DNA from: an uncultured Clostridia bacterium
Lineage (GTDB): Bacteria; Bacillota; Clostridia; Christensenellales; CAG-314
Length of the DNA stretch: 54,954 bases
NCBI GenBank assembly: GCA_947630425.1
Contig: CANRHN010000005.1
Span: 1-54,954 of the forward strand
Direction: 5' to 3'
Both the position numbers and the translations under genes were made by a program. This document shows positions 1 through 9,435 of this stretch, one piece after another (within the stretch, counting starts at the first letter, position 1; each line of letters opens with the position of its first letter). Below the pieces are notes generated by a model that worked only from the letters and a program-made list of their open reading frames with translations, was not told the DNA's origin and searched no databases.

Positions 1-65
1 CGCCAAGGGGTAATATACGAAGTATATTAAACTTCTCAAAATACCGTATTCGGTTGGATAAACCT

Positions 66-76
66 CATCTCGACCA
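66..76 (+). other. Isolated tRNA 3'-end-like fragment (CATCTCGACCA), possible att-site remnant
   Basis: Matches a tRNA-Pro-type acceptor 3' strand plus discriminator A and CCA. No T-arm or rest of a tRNA upstream within the window. Followed by a long hairpin at 89-155. Confidence 0.4.
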
Positions 77-88
77 CAACGCAGGCGA

Positions 89-155
89 CGCCCTTTGGGT
101 CGCAACGAAAAGGACACATTTGCTTGTGCCCTTTTTTCGTCGCTTCTTTGGGGCG
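89..155 (+). terminator. Long imperfect hairpin, terminator-like
   Basis: cgccc...acgaaaaggacaca / tgtgcccttttttcgt...ggggcg inverted repeat. Confidence 0.45.
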
Positions 156-172
156 TGTCTGCTGGGGTCTAC

Positions 173-252
173 GTGACTGGACAGTCCGAATTATGTAGCG
201 TTCCGCTTCGCTACACTCACTCCGTTGCGCGGAGACGAGTCCGTCACTTCGA
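173..252. repeat. Fold-back repeat unit, copy 1
   Basis: gtgactggacagtccgaa...ggagacgagtccgtcacttcga. The ends pair (gtgac-t-ggac / gtcc-gtcac). Internal hairpins tgtagcg/cgctaca and ctccg/cggag. Confidence 0.8.
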
Positions 253-303
253 CTCTTCTTCGCAAGCAACTGACTCCCTTTTGGTTCGTCCGCCCACGGG
301 CAA

Positions 304-396
304 GTGACTGGACAGTTCGAAATAATGTAGCACTCCGCAATGTTGCACATTGCTCCGTTTACTCCCACTGCGTGGGAGACGAGTCCGTCACTTCGA
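304..396. repeat. Fold-back repeat unit, copy 2
   Basis: gtgactggacagttcgaa...ggagacgagtccgtcacttcga. Same termini as copy 1, with different but still pairing internal hairpins (ctcccac/gtgggag). Confidence 0.8.
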
Positions 397-487
397 TCGG
401 TAAGAATAATACGAGCCCTAAAACAATAAGGCACGTATTATTTTTGTAAAGACTGTTACCCACAAATGGGAGTTTGATGTTACAGAT

Positions 488-3400
488 TTATAAGGAAATT
501 TCGCCATTTAAACAAATGATTTTTGTCGCCGGAACTCCGTTATTCCACCCTTCCCCCTTTGAAACGTCGTTCCACTGAGACATTGTACCATCGAATATGA
601 TTTCGACCAAGTGATCGCAATTGCTGAAAGCATTTTCTCCTATAGATGTTACGCTATTTGGGATGGTAATGCTTGTCAGTGATGCGCAATCATAAAAAGC
701 ATAATTACCTACTGCTGTTACTGTATCTGGGATTGTAACACTTGTTATACTTTCACAATTATAAAATGCATAATCTTTTATTTCCGTAACAGTATCAGGG
801 ATTACAAGCTCTGTTACTAGGTTATCATTTATATATAAATTTTTTGCGTAGTACAGTGGATTAGCTAACTTATTTTTAAAATCAATCTTGCACCAGTCGC
901 CTATTGTTCCCGAGTAGTTTACTTTTAATAGATTATTGCATTCATAAAATGCATTTTGGCCTATCGATGTCACGCTATTTGGAATTGTAACGCTTGTTAT
1001 ACTTTTACAATTGTAGAATGCGTAATCTTTTATTTCCGTAACAGTATCAGGAATTACAAGTTCTGTTACAAGGTTATCATTTAGATATAAATTTTTTGCG
1101 CAAATTAGCGGATTAGCAACCCTATTTTCAAAATCAATCTTGCACCAGTCGCCTATTGTCCCCAGGTAGTTTACTTTTAGCAGGTTGCTACACGCCTGGA
1201 ACGTATTAGAACCTATTTTTGTTACGCTGTTTGGAATTGTTATGTTTGTTAGCATCGTGCAATAAGAGAAGGCATCACCTCCTATCGACGTTACACCGTT
1301 GGGAATCGAAATGCTTTCCAGAGCCGAGCAAGCCGCGAAGGCCCAATCGCCTATTGATTTAATGCTATTTGGCAGTGTTATATTTGTTAATTTTTCACAA
1401 GAAACAAATGTATCTATGCCTATATTTGCTATATCACTTGGTATAGTTATATCAGTTAGTGAACTTTCCGAAAATGCAGCCGAAGAAATATTTAGCACAC
1501 TGTCAGGAATATCGATACTTTCAATTGAATTATAGAGAAAAGCATTGTGCCCAATTTTTGTCACGCTGTCGGGTATGGTTATATTTTTTAGCGACCGGTT
1601 CATAGAAAACGCATATGGAGCTATCGTTTTTACAGTAGATGGAATTTGATAATTAACATCGGTTTTTCCTTCCGGATATGCTATCAATTTTGTGCAATCT
1701 TTGTTAAACAACACCCCGTCTTTAGCTGTGTAGTTTGCATTTTGTGGGGAAACGGAAATTGTTGATATAATGCTCGTATACTTACCCAGTGCTTCGTCCA
1801 TGTCGATAACGCCACTTCCAATTGTTAGGTTTTGAGTACTTGAAAAACTGTCTGGGAAAATATTGTCACCTATATATTGCACATTATCAGGTATGATTAC
1901 ATCACCCTCACTACTATACAATGCTTTTGACGCAATTACTTTTGTATTGGCGTGTATAGTTATAGATAAATTCAAGAAACGACGGGTATATAATACTAAA
2001 TATGGGTTTGAAGAATTGCCGAGATATTCTCCACCGTTCCAAATTTTTGCTGCGCCATTTTTATACAAACTGCTTATATTACCTGGAGACTGAACGCATG
2101 TAATGCCATTGGGAATGGAAATATTGGTTGCGCTGCCCAGACTTTCAAGACTCGCAATAATACACTTCGTATCATTATGTACTGTAAAACTTGTTACCTT
2201 ATTATTAGTAATATCTTTTAATATATAATACGGATTGTTGTTATTGCCGAAATAAACACCATTGTTATATTCTGTATATCTAAGATTATTACAACCATCC
2301 AATATGTCTGTTCCGACATAAATAATTGTATTTGGAATGTTTAAGTTTGTTAAATTTTCACATTGATAAAATGCCTTGTCTCCGATACGTTTTATACCAT
2401 CTTGCAATGTTATTTCAGTAAGATTTTTGCAAGCATAAAATGCCCCGTATGAAATATTGTTTTGCGTAATTACGATTTTTCTCAAAGATTTCGGAATGTA
2501 GTAAGTTGTTTTCCGAATAGAAGCTCGCTCATAGTAGCAACCCTGCGTTGTTGGTTCACCACCCGCAAATTCGTCTCGCCCGAAAACATAACCGAGTACT
2601 CCGACTTCACCTCCTATATCTGCCGTGCCGCCAACAAAAGGCATTGTCATACAATACAGTTTGGAACATCCGCTGAATGCTGCATAACCAATTGTCTCGA
2701 TATTGTCAGGCACGAAAACACTTGTGAGATTGTCACAATTTATAAATGCGGAAGCACTTATTCTGATTACAGGCAACTCGTTGTGCTTTTCCGGTATAAC
2801 TAAGTCCGTATCGCTTGCGGTACCTATTGCGGTAATACAATATCCGATTATTTCATCATTTTTTGTGACTGCGGCATATTTCATGCCTGCCGAATATTCG
2901 TTAATCGTCGTATTGCATGATTGGCAAGAATTGTGATCCCAAAAATGCTCTTGTGGCTCGTCCTGTTGGCGACATTTTTGACAAGTTCGTATATGCAAGT
3001 CATCATTGAAAAATTCCCAATCGCCCCAAGTGTGTGCCGCCTTTATAGTTTCGGTTTTTTTGTCGTGGCAATTCGTACACTCGAATGTGCGTACTCCGTC
3101 CTGTAAACAATCGCTTGGCACAGTAACAGTACCCGAATCCCAAGCGTGGCCTTTTGCAGGGATGACGATGTTCAACAATTCGTTATTCCCATTTTGGTCG
3201 GAAAAGTATTTTTCGCAACTTGTACAATACCAATAAGCGACATTGCCGTCGGTTGTACAATCGGCGTCCTTCTGCGGAGTAAAAGTCATCTCGTGTTTGT
3301 GTCTCTCTCCATTTTGATTGTTACCGCATGCGCAAACACCGTTTGTATCGTAATCGTGAGTACCCAAGTTGATATCAGGCGCATCACAGCCGATTACCCC

Positions 3401-3550
3401 ACAATGTTGTTTGTGTGTTCCATCGCCATTATCTACCCATTGATAATTATGGATGTGCGTTGGCGAATTGTCTGCACAGGCGGCAAGTCCACATGCACAA
3501 CATAAAACAAAAACAAGTGCCAAAAGAGTGATAATTGTTTGTTTATTCAT
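488..3550 (-). CDS. BspA-type leucine-rich-repeat (LRR_5) surface lipoprotein with N-terminal His/Cys-rich repeats
   Basis: 1020-aa ORF with SD GGAGG, signal peptide and lipobox-like LAAC. Many 'LxxIxIPxSVxxIGxxAFxxC' repeats and CxxC/HxH motifs in the N-terminus. Visibly more AT-rich than the neighbouring core genes. Confidence 0.9.
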   Translation of the reverse strand: MNKQTIITLLALVFVLCCACGLAACADNSPTHIHNYQWVDNGDGTHKQHCGVIGCDAPDINLGTHDYDTNGVCACGNNQNGERHKHEMTFTPQKDADCTTDGNVAYWYCTSCEKYFSDQNGNNELLNIVIPAKGHAWDSGTVTVPSDCLQDGVRTFECTNCHDKKTETIKAAHTWGDWEFFNDDLHIRTCQKCRQQDEPQEHFWDHNSCQSCNTTINEYSAGMKYAAVTKNDEIIGYCITAIGTASDTDLVIPEKHNELPVIRISASAFINCDNLTSVFVPDNIETIGYAAFSGCSKLYCMTMPFVGGTADIGGEVGVLGYVFGRDEFAGGEPTTQGCYYERASIRKTTYYIPKSLRKIVITQNNISYGAFYACKNLTEITLQDGIKRIGDKAFYQCENLTNLNIPNTIIYVGTDILDGCNNLRYTEYNNGVYFGNNNNPYYILKDITNNKVTSFTVHNDTKCIIASLESLGSATNISIPNGITCVQSPGNISSLYKNGAAKIWNGGEYLGNSSNPYLVLYTRRFLNLSITIHANTKVIASKALYSSEGDVIIPDNVQYIGDNIFPDSFSSTQNLTIGSGVIDMDEALGKYTSIISTISVSPQNANYTAKDGVLFNKDCTKLIAYPEGKTDVNYQIPSTVKTIAPYAFSMNRSLKNITIPDSVTKIGHNAFLYNSIESIDIPDSVLNISSAAFSESSLTDITIPSDIANIGIDTFVSCEKLTNITLPNSIKSIGDWAFAACSALESISIPNGVTSIGGDAFSYCTMLTNITIPNSVTKIGSNTFQACSNLLKVNYLGTIGDWCKIDFENRVANPLICAKNLYLNDNLVTELVIPDTVTEIKDYAFYNCKSITSVTIPNSVTSIGQNAFYECNNLLKVNYSGTIGDWCKIDFKNKLANPLYYAKNLYINDNLVTELVIPDTVTEIKDYAFYNCESITSVTIPDTVTAVGNYAFYDCASLTSITIPNSVTSIGENAFSNCDHLVEIIFDGTMSQWNDVSKGEGWNNGVPATKIICLNGEISL
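735..1190 (-). repeat. Intragenic tandem duplication, period 252 bp (84 aa)
   Basis: atcaatcttgcaccagtcgcctattgt starts at both 881 and 1133. The peptide LLKVNYxGTIGDWCKIDF...LVTELVIPDTVTEIKDYAFYNC occurs twice. Confidence 0.9.
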
Positions 3551-3583
3551 AGTTTACCTCCATAAACTAAAATTTAAAGAAAC

Positions 3584-3742
3584 AAAAAAGTGCCGTCTCT
3601 ACCGAAACGGCACTTGTAGATGTGCGTCCCGATAGTTACCACACTACTATTTTTCCAAAAACTTGCGCTATGGAAATGACACACCGATCTACCAAGAGAT
3701 AGTGCGCAAATTTTTGGAAATATAAAAATAGCAATGTGGTAA
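3584..3742 (-). ncRNA. Putative structured leader or small RNA ending in an intrinsic terminator upstream of the LRR gene
   Basis: Long stem 3636-3742, loop-to-downstream complementarity (3678-3692 with 3616-3628), and terminator aagtgccgtttc-ggta-gagacggcactt plus U-run at 3584-3615. Confidence 0.65.
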
Positions 3743-3746
3743 TGTA

Positions 3747-3775
3747 ATTTTACAACAACCGTTGTGAGATGTCAA
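3747..3775 (-). promoter_or_regulatory. SigA-type promoter for the LRR leader
   Basis: TTGACA-17 bp-TAAAAT on the minus strand. Confidence 0.8.
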
Positions 3776-3880
3776 CATTGCTAAAAGTAAAATCATTTAC
3801 AGATATATTCATTCAACAACATAACAGACGTTGATTTGCGCCTTATATATGCTTGTAAAAAAGCATTTTGCGCAAACCGC

Positions 3881-3909
3881 TTGCACAAAGCGTTGGCAGG
3901 TGCTATACT
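3881..3909 (+). promoter_or_regulatory. SigA-type promoter for mscL
   Basis: TTGCAC-17 bp-TATACT with TGn extension. Confidence 0.65.
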
Positions 3910-3947
3910 ATGGGCGTAATAAAAATTTTTTACAAAAAGGAGAAAGT

Positions 3948-4520
3948 ATGAAAAAGTTTTTTGGCGAATTCAAAAAATTTATCACCCGCGGCAACGTGGT
4001 TGATATGGCCGTCGGCGTCATTATCGGCGGCGCGTTCACGGCAATCGTCACCGCGCTTACCAATCAAATTTTGATGCCTCTTATCAATTGGTTCTTGGCG
4101 TTTGTAACCGGAGGCGAGGGCATGGGCGAGGTTGTCACCATGCTGAAACCCGTCACCGACGAGAGCGGCATGCTGGATATGACGCAATCCATCTACATCG
4201 ATTGGGGCGCATTTATCACCGCTATCATCAATTTTATTCTTATCGCATTGGTGCTGTTCTGCATTGTCAAACTTATCAACAACGTTCGTGAAAACGCCGA
4301 CAAGAGAAAGAACAAGTACGCTCCCCTCACCAAGGAAGAGGTCAAGGCGCTTCGCGCACAAGGCAAATCAAGAGACGAAATTGTTGCAATTGCCGCCAAC
4401 AAAAAAGCCGAGCAGGAAGAAGCCGACCGCAAAGCGGCAGAGGAAGCCGCTGCCAACGCTCCCAAAACCGAGCAGCAGCTTCTCAGCGAAATTGTCGAAC
4501 TGCTCCAACAAAAGAAATAG
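3948..4520 (+). CDS. mscL: Large-conductance mechanosensitive channel
   Basis: EFKKFITRGNVVDMAVGVIIGGAF, GAFITAIINF, LLSEIVELL. Start moved to the ATG after AAGGAG. Confidence 0.95.
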   Translation: MKKFFGEFKKFITRGNVVDMAVGVIIGGAFTAIVTALTNQILMPLINWFLAFVTGGEGMGEVVTMLKPVTDESGMLDMTQSIYIDWGAFITAIINFILIALVLFCIVKLINNVRENADKRKNKYAPLTKEEVKALRAQGKSRDEIVAIAANKKAEQEEADRKAAEEAAANAPKTEQQLLSEIVELLQQKK

Positions 4521-4535
4521 CCGACAAATTTGTGC

Positions 4536-4580
4536 AAAAAAACACGGGACGACCGCAACTGCGGACGTCCCGTTTGTTTT
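4536..4580. terminator. Bidirectional intrinsic terminator between convergent mscL and pepV
   Basis: acgggacg-accgc...gcgg-acgtcccgt flanked by A and T runs. Confidence 0.8.
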
Positions 4581-4591
4581 GTGTAAAAACG

Positions 4592-5923
4592 TCATTTCGC
4601 CAATCGGTAGATGGCTTCGAGGTAAAGTTGCGCCATGGCGCGCAGGTTTTTCAGCATAATCAGCTCGTTTGGCATGTGAATTGTTTGTTCTTCGTGCGGG
4701 AAAAGCGGTCCGAACGCCACACAGTTGGGCAAACAACGGCTGTAAGTTCCGCCGCCTATGGCAAGCGGCTGCAGGTTGGTGTGCATTTGCGAGTTGTACA
4801 CGTCCATCAACGTTGTCACAAGGTTGCTGTCGGAGGGGACGTGTAACGGTTCGCTGACGTGCCGCTCGACAATGGCAAATTGTTTGGGAGTGTTTGCGCG
4901 AAGCAGCTCGTAAATCTGCTTGCAGTTGTAGGTTACGGGAAAACGTATATCTATGGTCGCGGTGAGCGTTCCGTCGTCGGACGTGCGCAAAACGCCGAGG
5001 TTGCAGGTCAGGCTTCCGCTTTCCTTGTCGCAAAGGGCAATTCCCCATTTTTTGCCGGTGGTGTCGCGCACGCTGTGTTCCAAAAATCTCAAGGTTTCGT
5101 TGTCGCGGTAAATGTCGTCCAACAATTCTATCAAAACGTGGGTTGCGTTTACCCCCTCGTCGGGAGTGCTGCCGTGCGCGGCTTTTCCCGTTGCGGTGTA
5201 AATATAGCCGTCGGAAGTTTTTTCGCAAGCAACTTTGGGGGATTTGAGCGTGAGCGGTTCGACGGTAGTCACCGTACAAAGAGAAGGCACAACGTTTGCG
5301 CGATCACCTGCGGTAATTTTGACGCCATGGGGTAGCTTTCCGCACACAACATCAAATTGGTAAATACCTTTTTCGCGGTTGATAACGGGGAAGTCTCCGT
5401 CCGGCGAAAAGGCAACCGTGGGGTAGGGCATTTGGGAAAAATAGTGTTCCACGCACTGCATGCCGCTTTCCTCGTCGCAGCCGAAAATGAGGCGAACCGT
5501 TTTGGACGGCACAAACCCCGCCTCTTTCAACGCCTTTGTTGCGTACAGACAGGCAATCATAGGTCCTTTGTCATCCATTGCGCCCCTGCCGAACAGCTTG
5601 CCGTCGTGTATTTCCGCAGAGTAGGGCGGGTAACGCCATTCTTCTTGCTTGGCGGGAACAACGTCCAGGTGTCCCAATATGCCCAAAACCTCTTTGCCCG
5701 TTCCCGCAAAGTCGGCGTGTCCCGCGTAGCCGTCGCAGTCGTAGGTGGCAAACCCAAAGGATTTTGCCCAATTCAAAACATAGTCAAGGCACTGTTTTAC
5801 GTTTGTGCCGAAGGGCGCGTTGGGGGCGGGATCGGATTTTTCCGTGTTGAAGCGTATCACATTTTGCAGCGAGCAAACAAGCTCGTCAAACTGTTCATCG
5901 AGTATTTTTTTTGCGTTTTCCAT
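4592..5923 (-). CDS. pepV: M20 family dipeptidase (PepV/Sapep type)
   Basis: GHLDVVP, GRGAMDDKGP, GCDEESG, PDGDFPVINREKG, GGGTY, HMPNE. Confidence 0.85.
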   Translation of the reverse strand: MENAKKILDEQFDELVCSLQNVIRFNTEKSDPAPNAPFGTNVKQCLDYVLNWAKSFGFATYDCDGYAGHADFAGTGKEVLGILGHLDVVPAKQEEWRYPPYSAEIHDGKLFGRGAMDDKGPMIACLYATKALKEAGFVPSKTVRLIFGCDEESGMQCVEHYFSQMPYPTVAFSPDGDFPVINREKGIYQFDVVCGKLPHGVKITAGDRANVVPSLCTVTTVEPLTLKSPKVACEKTSDGYIYTATGKAAHGSTPDEGVNATHVLIELLDDIYRDNETLRFLEHSVRDTTGKKWGIALCDKESGSLTCNLGVLRTSDDGTLTATIDIRFPVTYNCKQIYELLRANTPKQFAIVERHVSEPLHVPSDSNLVTTLMDVYNSQMHTNLQPLAIGGGTYSRCLPNCVAFGPLFPHEEQTIHMPNELIMLKNLRAMAQLYLEAIYRLAK

Positions 5924-6038
5924 TGTGTTCTCCGTTTTTGTGACATTTTTGTTTCTTATATTATACACAAATTTACAATAATGTGCTATCATATAAAGTA
6001 CTTGCGAAAAAAAATTATCGGTAAATCAGGAAAGAGAA

Positions 6039-6746
6039 ATGGCAAAGGAAAACGAAGGACATCGTTCGCGACTTCGCGAAAGAATGATGAAGGAGGGCTT
6101 GTCGGCATTTCAGGACCACGAAGTGTTGGAGTTGTTACTGTTTCAGTATCTTCCGCGCAAGGATACCAACAAGCTTGCGCACGTGCTGCTGGAAAAATTC
6201 GGCTCGTTTGCAGGAGTGCTGGACGCCTCTCCCGAACAGCTGATGATGGTGACGGGCGTAAGCGAAGTGACCGCGTGCAACCTTGCAATGCTGAAAGAGG
6301 TTTGGCTGCGCTACAAAAGGAGCGACGCCGAAAGAATTTCGCTGAACGGAATTGCGTCCATTGTGTCCTACGCCAAAGCCCTTGTTGCCGAAAGCTACAG
6401 CGAAAGGCTTGTCGCGGTGTACGTTGATAACGCCGCGAAGTATCTTTTTAGAGATGTTTTTACTTCCGACAGCAAGCAGCGCGTGGTAATTGACATCAAG
6501 CAAATCGTAAGTTCGGCAATGCGCACAGGCGCGGCGGGCGTGATACTTTTTCACTGTCACATCAAGGGCGCGTGCGTGCCCAGCGACGAAGATTTTCACT
6601 TTACGGAAAAACTGACATTTGCGCTTGCAAGCATAAACATCGTGCTGTTGGAACACATCATTTTTAACGACAGAAACGACTACTACAGCTTTTTCCTGCA
6701 CGGCGACATCGAAAGAATACAAAACAATTACAAAAAGTTAAATTAA
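6039..6746 (+). CDS. radC: RadC family JAB-domain protein
   Basis: GHRSRLRER...HEVLELLL...PRKDTN; HhH region; HxH...PS..D...LLEHII. Confidence 0.9.
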   Translation: MAKENEGHRSRLRERMMKEGLSAFQDHEVLELLLFQYLPRKDTNKLAHVLLEKFGSFAGVLDASPEQLMMVTGVSEVTACNLAMLKEVWLRYKRSDAERISLNGIASIVSYAKALVAESYSERLVAVYVDNAAKYLFRDVFTSDSKQRVVIDIKQIVSSAMRTGAAGVILFHCHIKGACVPSDEDFHFTEKLTFALASINIVLLEHIIFNDRNDYYSFFLHGDIERIQNNYKKLN

Positions 6747-6759
6747 CAAAGAGGTTATC

Positions 6760-8193
6760 ATGACACAGCTTCGCACAAGATTTGCGCCCAGCCCCACCGG
6801 TTACTTGCACATCGGGGGCTTGCGCACGGCACTTTACTCCTATCTGTATGCCAAAAAAAACAACGGAAAGTTTATTTTGCGCATAGAGGACACCGATCAG
6901 GGCAGATACGTAGAGGGCGCGGTGGAAATCATTTACAAAACGCTGCACGAAACGGGCTTGGACTATGACGAAGGACCGGACGTGGGCGGCGATTACGGAC
7001 CGTACATTCAAAGTCAGCGCGCAAACGAGTACATGAAGTACGCGCTCCAATTGGTGGAAAGCGGTCACGCATACTACTGTTTTTGCAGCGAGGAGCGTTT
7101 GCAAACGTTGCCTTCCGTCAACGGCGCGCGTCGTTACGACAAGCATTGCCTGCACCTTTCAAAAGAAGAAGTGGCAGAGCGGCTTGCTCGCGGCGAAAAG
7201 TACGTAATTCGTCAAAACATGCCCACAACGGGCAGCACCACCTACCACGACGCGGTGTACGGCGACATCACCATTGAAAACAGCGAGTTGGAGGATCAGA
7301 TCCTCATCAAATCCGACGGCATGCCCACCTACAACTTTGCCAACGTCATAGACGACCACCTGATGGGCATCAATTGCGTAATGCGCGGTATCGAGTATCT
7401 GAGCAGCACGCCCAAGTACAATCTTTTGTACGACGCTTTCGGTTGGGAACGCCCGATGTACATTCACATGCCGCCCATAATGAAAGACGCACAGCACAAG
7501 CTTTCCAAGCGCAACGGCGACGCAAGCTACGAGGATTTGATAAAAAAGGGCTTTTTGAAGGACGCCATCATCAACTACATTGCGTTGCTTGGTTGGTCGC
7601 CCAAGGACGACAGCGAAAAGATGAGCTTTGAGGAGCTGAAAAACAAATTCGACATCGGCGGCATAAACAAAAGCCCGTCCATTTTCGACCCAATCAAGCT
7701 GGCTTGGCTCAATTCGCAGTACATCAAGGAGATGACTCCCGAGGCGTTTGCCGACTATGCCACCCCGTGGATCGAGGGGTGCTATCTGAAAAATTTCGAC
7801 AAAACGCTTGTTTGCAAGCTCATTCAAAGCCGCGTGGAAACATTTGCGGAAATTGAGGACAAGCTTCGCTTTTTGGTGGAGTTTCCGCCCTTTGACAGCG
7901 GTCTTTACGACAATCAAAAGCAAAAGACCAACGCCGACACGGCGCGCGAGGTGCTACCCGCGGTAAAAGAGAAATTTTCTCAAGTGGAAGCATGGGACAA
8001 CGAACACCTCTACGCCGCATTGGTGGAGCTTGCCGCGCAGCTCGGCGTAAAAAACGGCAAAGTGTTGTGGCCCGCGCGCATAGCGTTGACGGGACTTGCC
8101 GCAACTCCGGGCGGAGCAAGCGAAATTGCGGAGCTGCTGGGAAAACAGGAAACGTTGCGCCGTTTGCAACAATCGATAGAGCAATTGGCGTAA
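6760..8193 (+). CDS. gltX: Glutamate--tRNA ligase
   Basis: RTRFAPSPTGYLHIGG, RIEDTD, KLSKR. Confidence 0.97.
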   Translation: MTQLRTRFAPSPTGYLHIGGLRTALYSYLYAKKNNGKFILRIEDTDQGRYVEGAVEIIYKTLHETGLDYDEGPDVGGDYGPYIQSQRANEYMKYALQLVESGHAYYCFCSEERLQTLPSVNGARRYDKHCLHLSKEEVAERLARGEKYVIRQNMPTTGSTTYHDAVYGDITIENSELEDQILIKSDGMPTYNFANVIDDHLMGINCVMRGIEYLSSTPKYNLLYDAFGWERPMYIHMPPIMKDAQHKLSKRNGDASYEDLIKKGFLKDAIINYIALLGWSPKDDSEKMSFEELKNKFDIGGINKSPSIFDPIKLAWLNSQYIKEMTPEAFADYATPWIEGCYLKNFDKTLVCKLIQSRVETFAEIEDKLRFLVEFPPFDSGLYDNQKQKTNADTAREVLPAVKEKFSQVEAWDNEHLYAALVELAAQLGVKNGKVLWPARIALTGLAATPGGASEIAELLGKQETLRRLQQSIEQLA

Positions 8194-8296
8194 AACCGCC
8201 GAATTTTCGTCCGTTATTGACGGAAAAATCAACTTGTGCTAAAATAAAAATCGTTTGTACAAGCGTTACAGACATTTGTTTTGGGAGGAAACAACG

Positions 8297-9193
8297 ATGA
8301 GCGTTCTTATTTGTGACGCTGACGGCGAGCTGTGGTACACTCGCGCTGAGCAGTTGGGGTTGTATTCAATTGCAATGCCCTACAGCTACGGCGGAGAGGT
8401 TTACTACTACGATTTGGGCAAAAACACCGATTTCGACAAGTTTTTCAGGGCGGTTCGTAGCGGCGAAGTACCCAAGACAATGGCGTTGAACCCCGACGAA
8501 TACGTAAAAATTCTCGAACCTTATTTTCAAAACGGCGACGACGTGTTGTATGTCAGCTTTTCTCACGCCATGAGCGGAACTTTCGATCATCTTGACGTTG
8601 CGCTTCAAGAATTGTACAAAAAGTACCCCGAGCGCAAATGCACCGTGTTCGACACAAAATCTATTTGTTTGGGCGCGGGTATACAAATGGAGTATGCCGC
8701 CGAGCTGAAAAACGCAGGGGCAAGCGATGAAGAAATCATAGAAAAACTGACCGCGTTCCGCGATCGCGTTGCCATCTACTTTGTCGTGGACGATCTGATG
8801 CACCTCAAGCGCGGCGGCAGACTTTCCGGCATTGCCGCCTTTGCGGGAACGCTTTTGAACCTAAAACCGATGCTGACCATTGACGAACACGGTAGTCTAA
8901 AGGTTTTTGAAAAGATAACAGGCAAGCGCAAGGCGTTGCACAGGTTGGCAGACCACGTTATCGAGGAATTGACAGGCACCGAGTTCAGCGTGTACGTGGT
9001 GGACGCTGATTGTCCCGAAGAGGGCGAAGCGCTTGCCAAAATGATAACCGACGCCCGTCCCGACGCAAAAATAGTTCGGCAGAGAGTCGGTCCCGTCATC
9101 GGTTCGCACTGCGGTCCGGGCACTATCGGCGTGATATTCGTCGCCGACAAACGCCCCATTCCGCTTGCCCCCGACCACACGTGCGGCGGTTGA
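8297..9193 (+). CDS. DegV family fatty-acid-binding protein
   Basis: SHAMSGT, DDLMHLKRGGRLS, LLNLKP, GPVIGSHCGPG; SD GGAGG. Confidence 0.9.
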   Translation: MSVLICDADGELWYTRAEQLGLYSIAMPYSYGGEVYYYDLGKNTDFDKFFRAVRSGEVPKTMALNPDEYVKILEPYFQNGDDVLYVSFSHAMSGTFDHLDVALQELYKKYPERKCTVFDTKSICLGAGIQMEYAAELKNAGASDEEIIEKLTAFRDRVAIYFVVDDLMHLKRGGRLSGIAAFAGTLLNLKPMLTIDEHGSLKVFEKITGKRKALHRLADHVIEELTGTEFSVYVVDADCPEEGEALAKMITDARPDAKIVRQRVGPVIGSHCGPGTIGVIFVADKRPIPLAPDHTCGG

Positions 9194-9365
9194 TTGCTTG
9201 CTACTGCGTAACGCATGCGCAATCAACGGTTAAGTTTACAACATTTAAGAGGCTGTCGCAAGTTTACAAAATTTACTTGCAGCAGCCTTTACTTTTGAGT
9301 GTTTTGGAAAATTGGCAGGGTTTTGCACTGTTTTCGGAGTGTTTTGAAAAAAACTAAAAAATAGT

Positions 9366-9400
9366 AGTGGGGTTGCCGCTTAACGCGGCAGCCCCACTTT
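9366..9400. terminator. Intrinsic terminator between convergent genes
   Basis: agtggggttgccgc-ttaac-gcggcagccccact. Confidence 0.75.
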
Positions 9401-9435
9401 GAAAATAATTTGCTATTTGATTTTTTTTGAGTTTA

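Noticed and set aside
11-29. Perfect hairpin taatatac-gaa-gtatatta
   Set aside because: It is real but short and at the window edge, with no context to assign a function.
173-396. CRISPR array or known self-cleaving ribozyme
   Set aside because: There are only two long units with structured interiors, no repeat-spacer periodicity and no cas genes. No hammerhead CUGANGA/GAAA core or other ribozyme core that I recognise is present on either strand.
36-449. Short ORFs over the left-end repeats
   Set aside because: They have no SD or recognisable motifs and simply translate the repeat units.
735-1190. Diversity-generating retroelement TR/VR pair
   Set aside because: Differences between the copies are not adenine-specific, both copies are in-frame coding modules, and there is no reverse transcriptase in the window.
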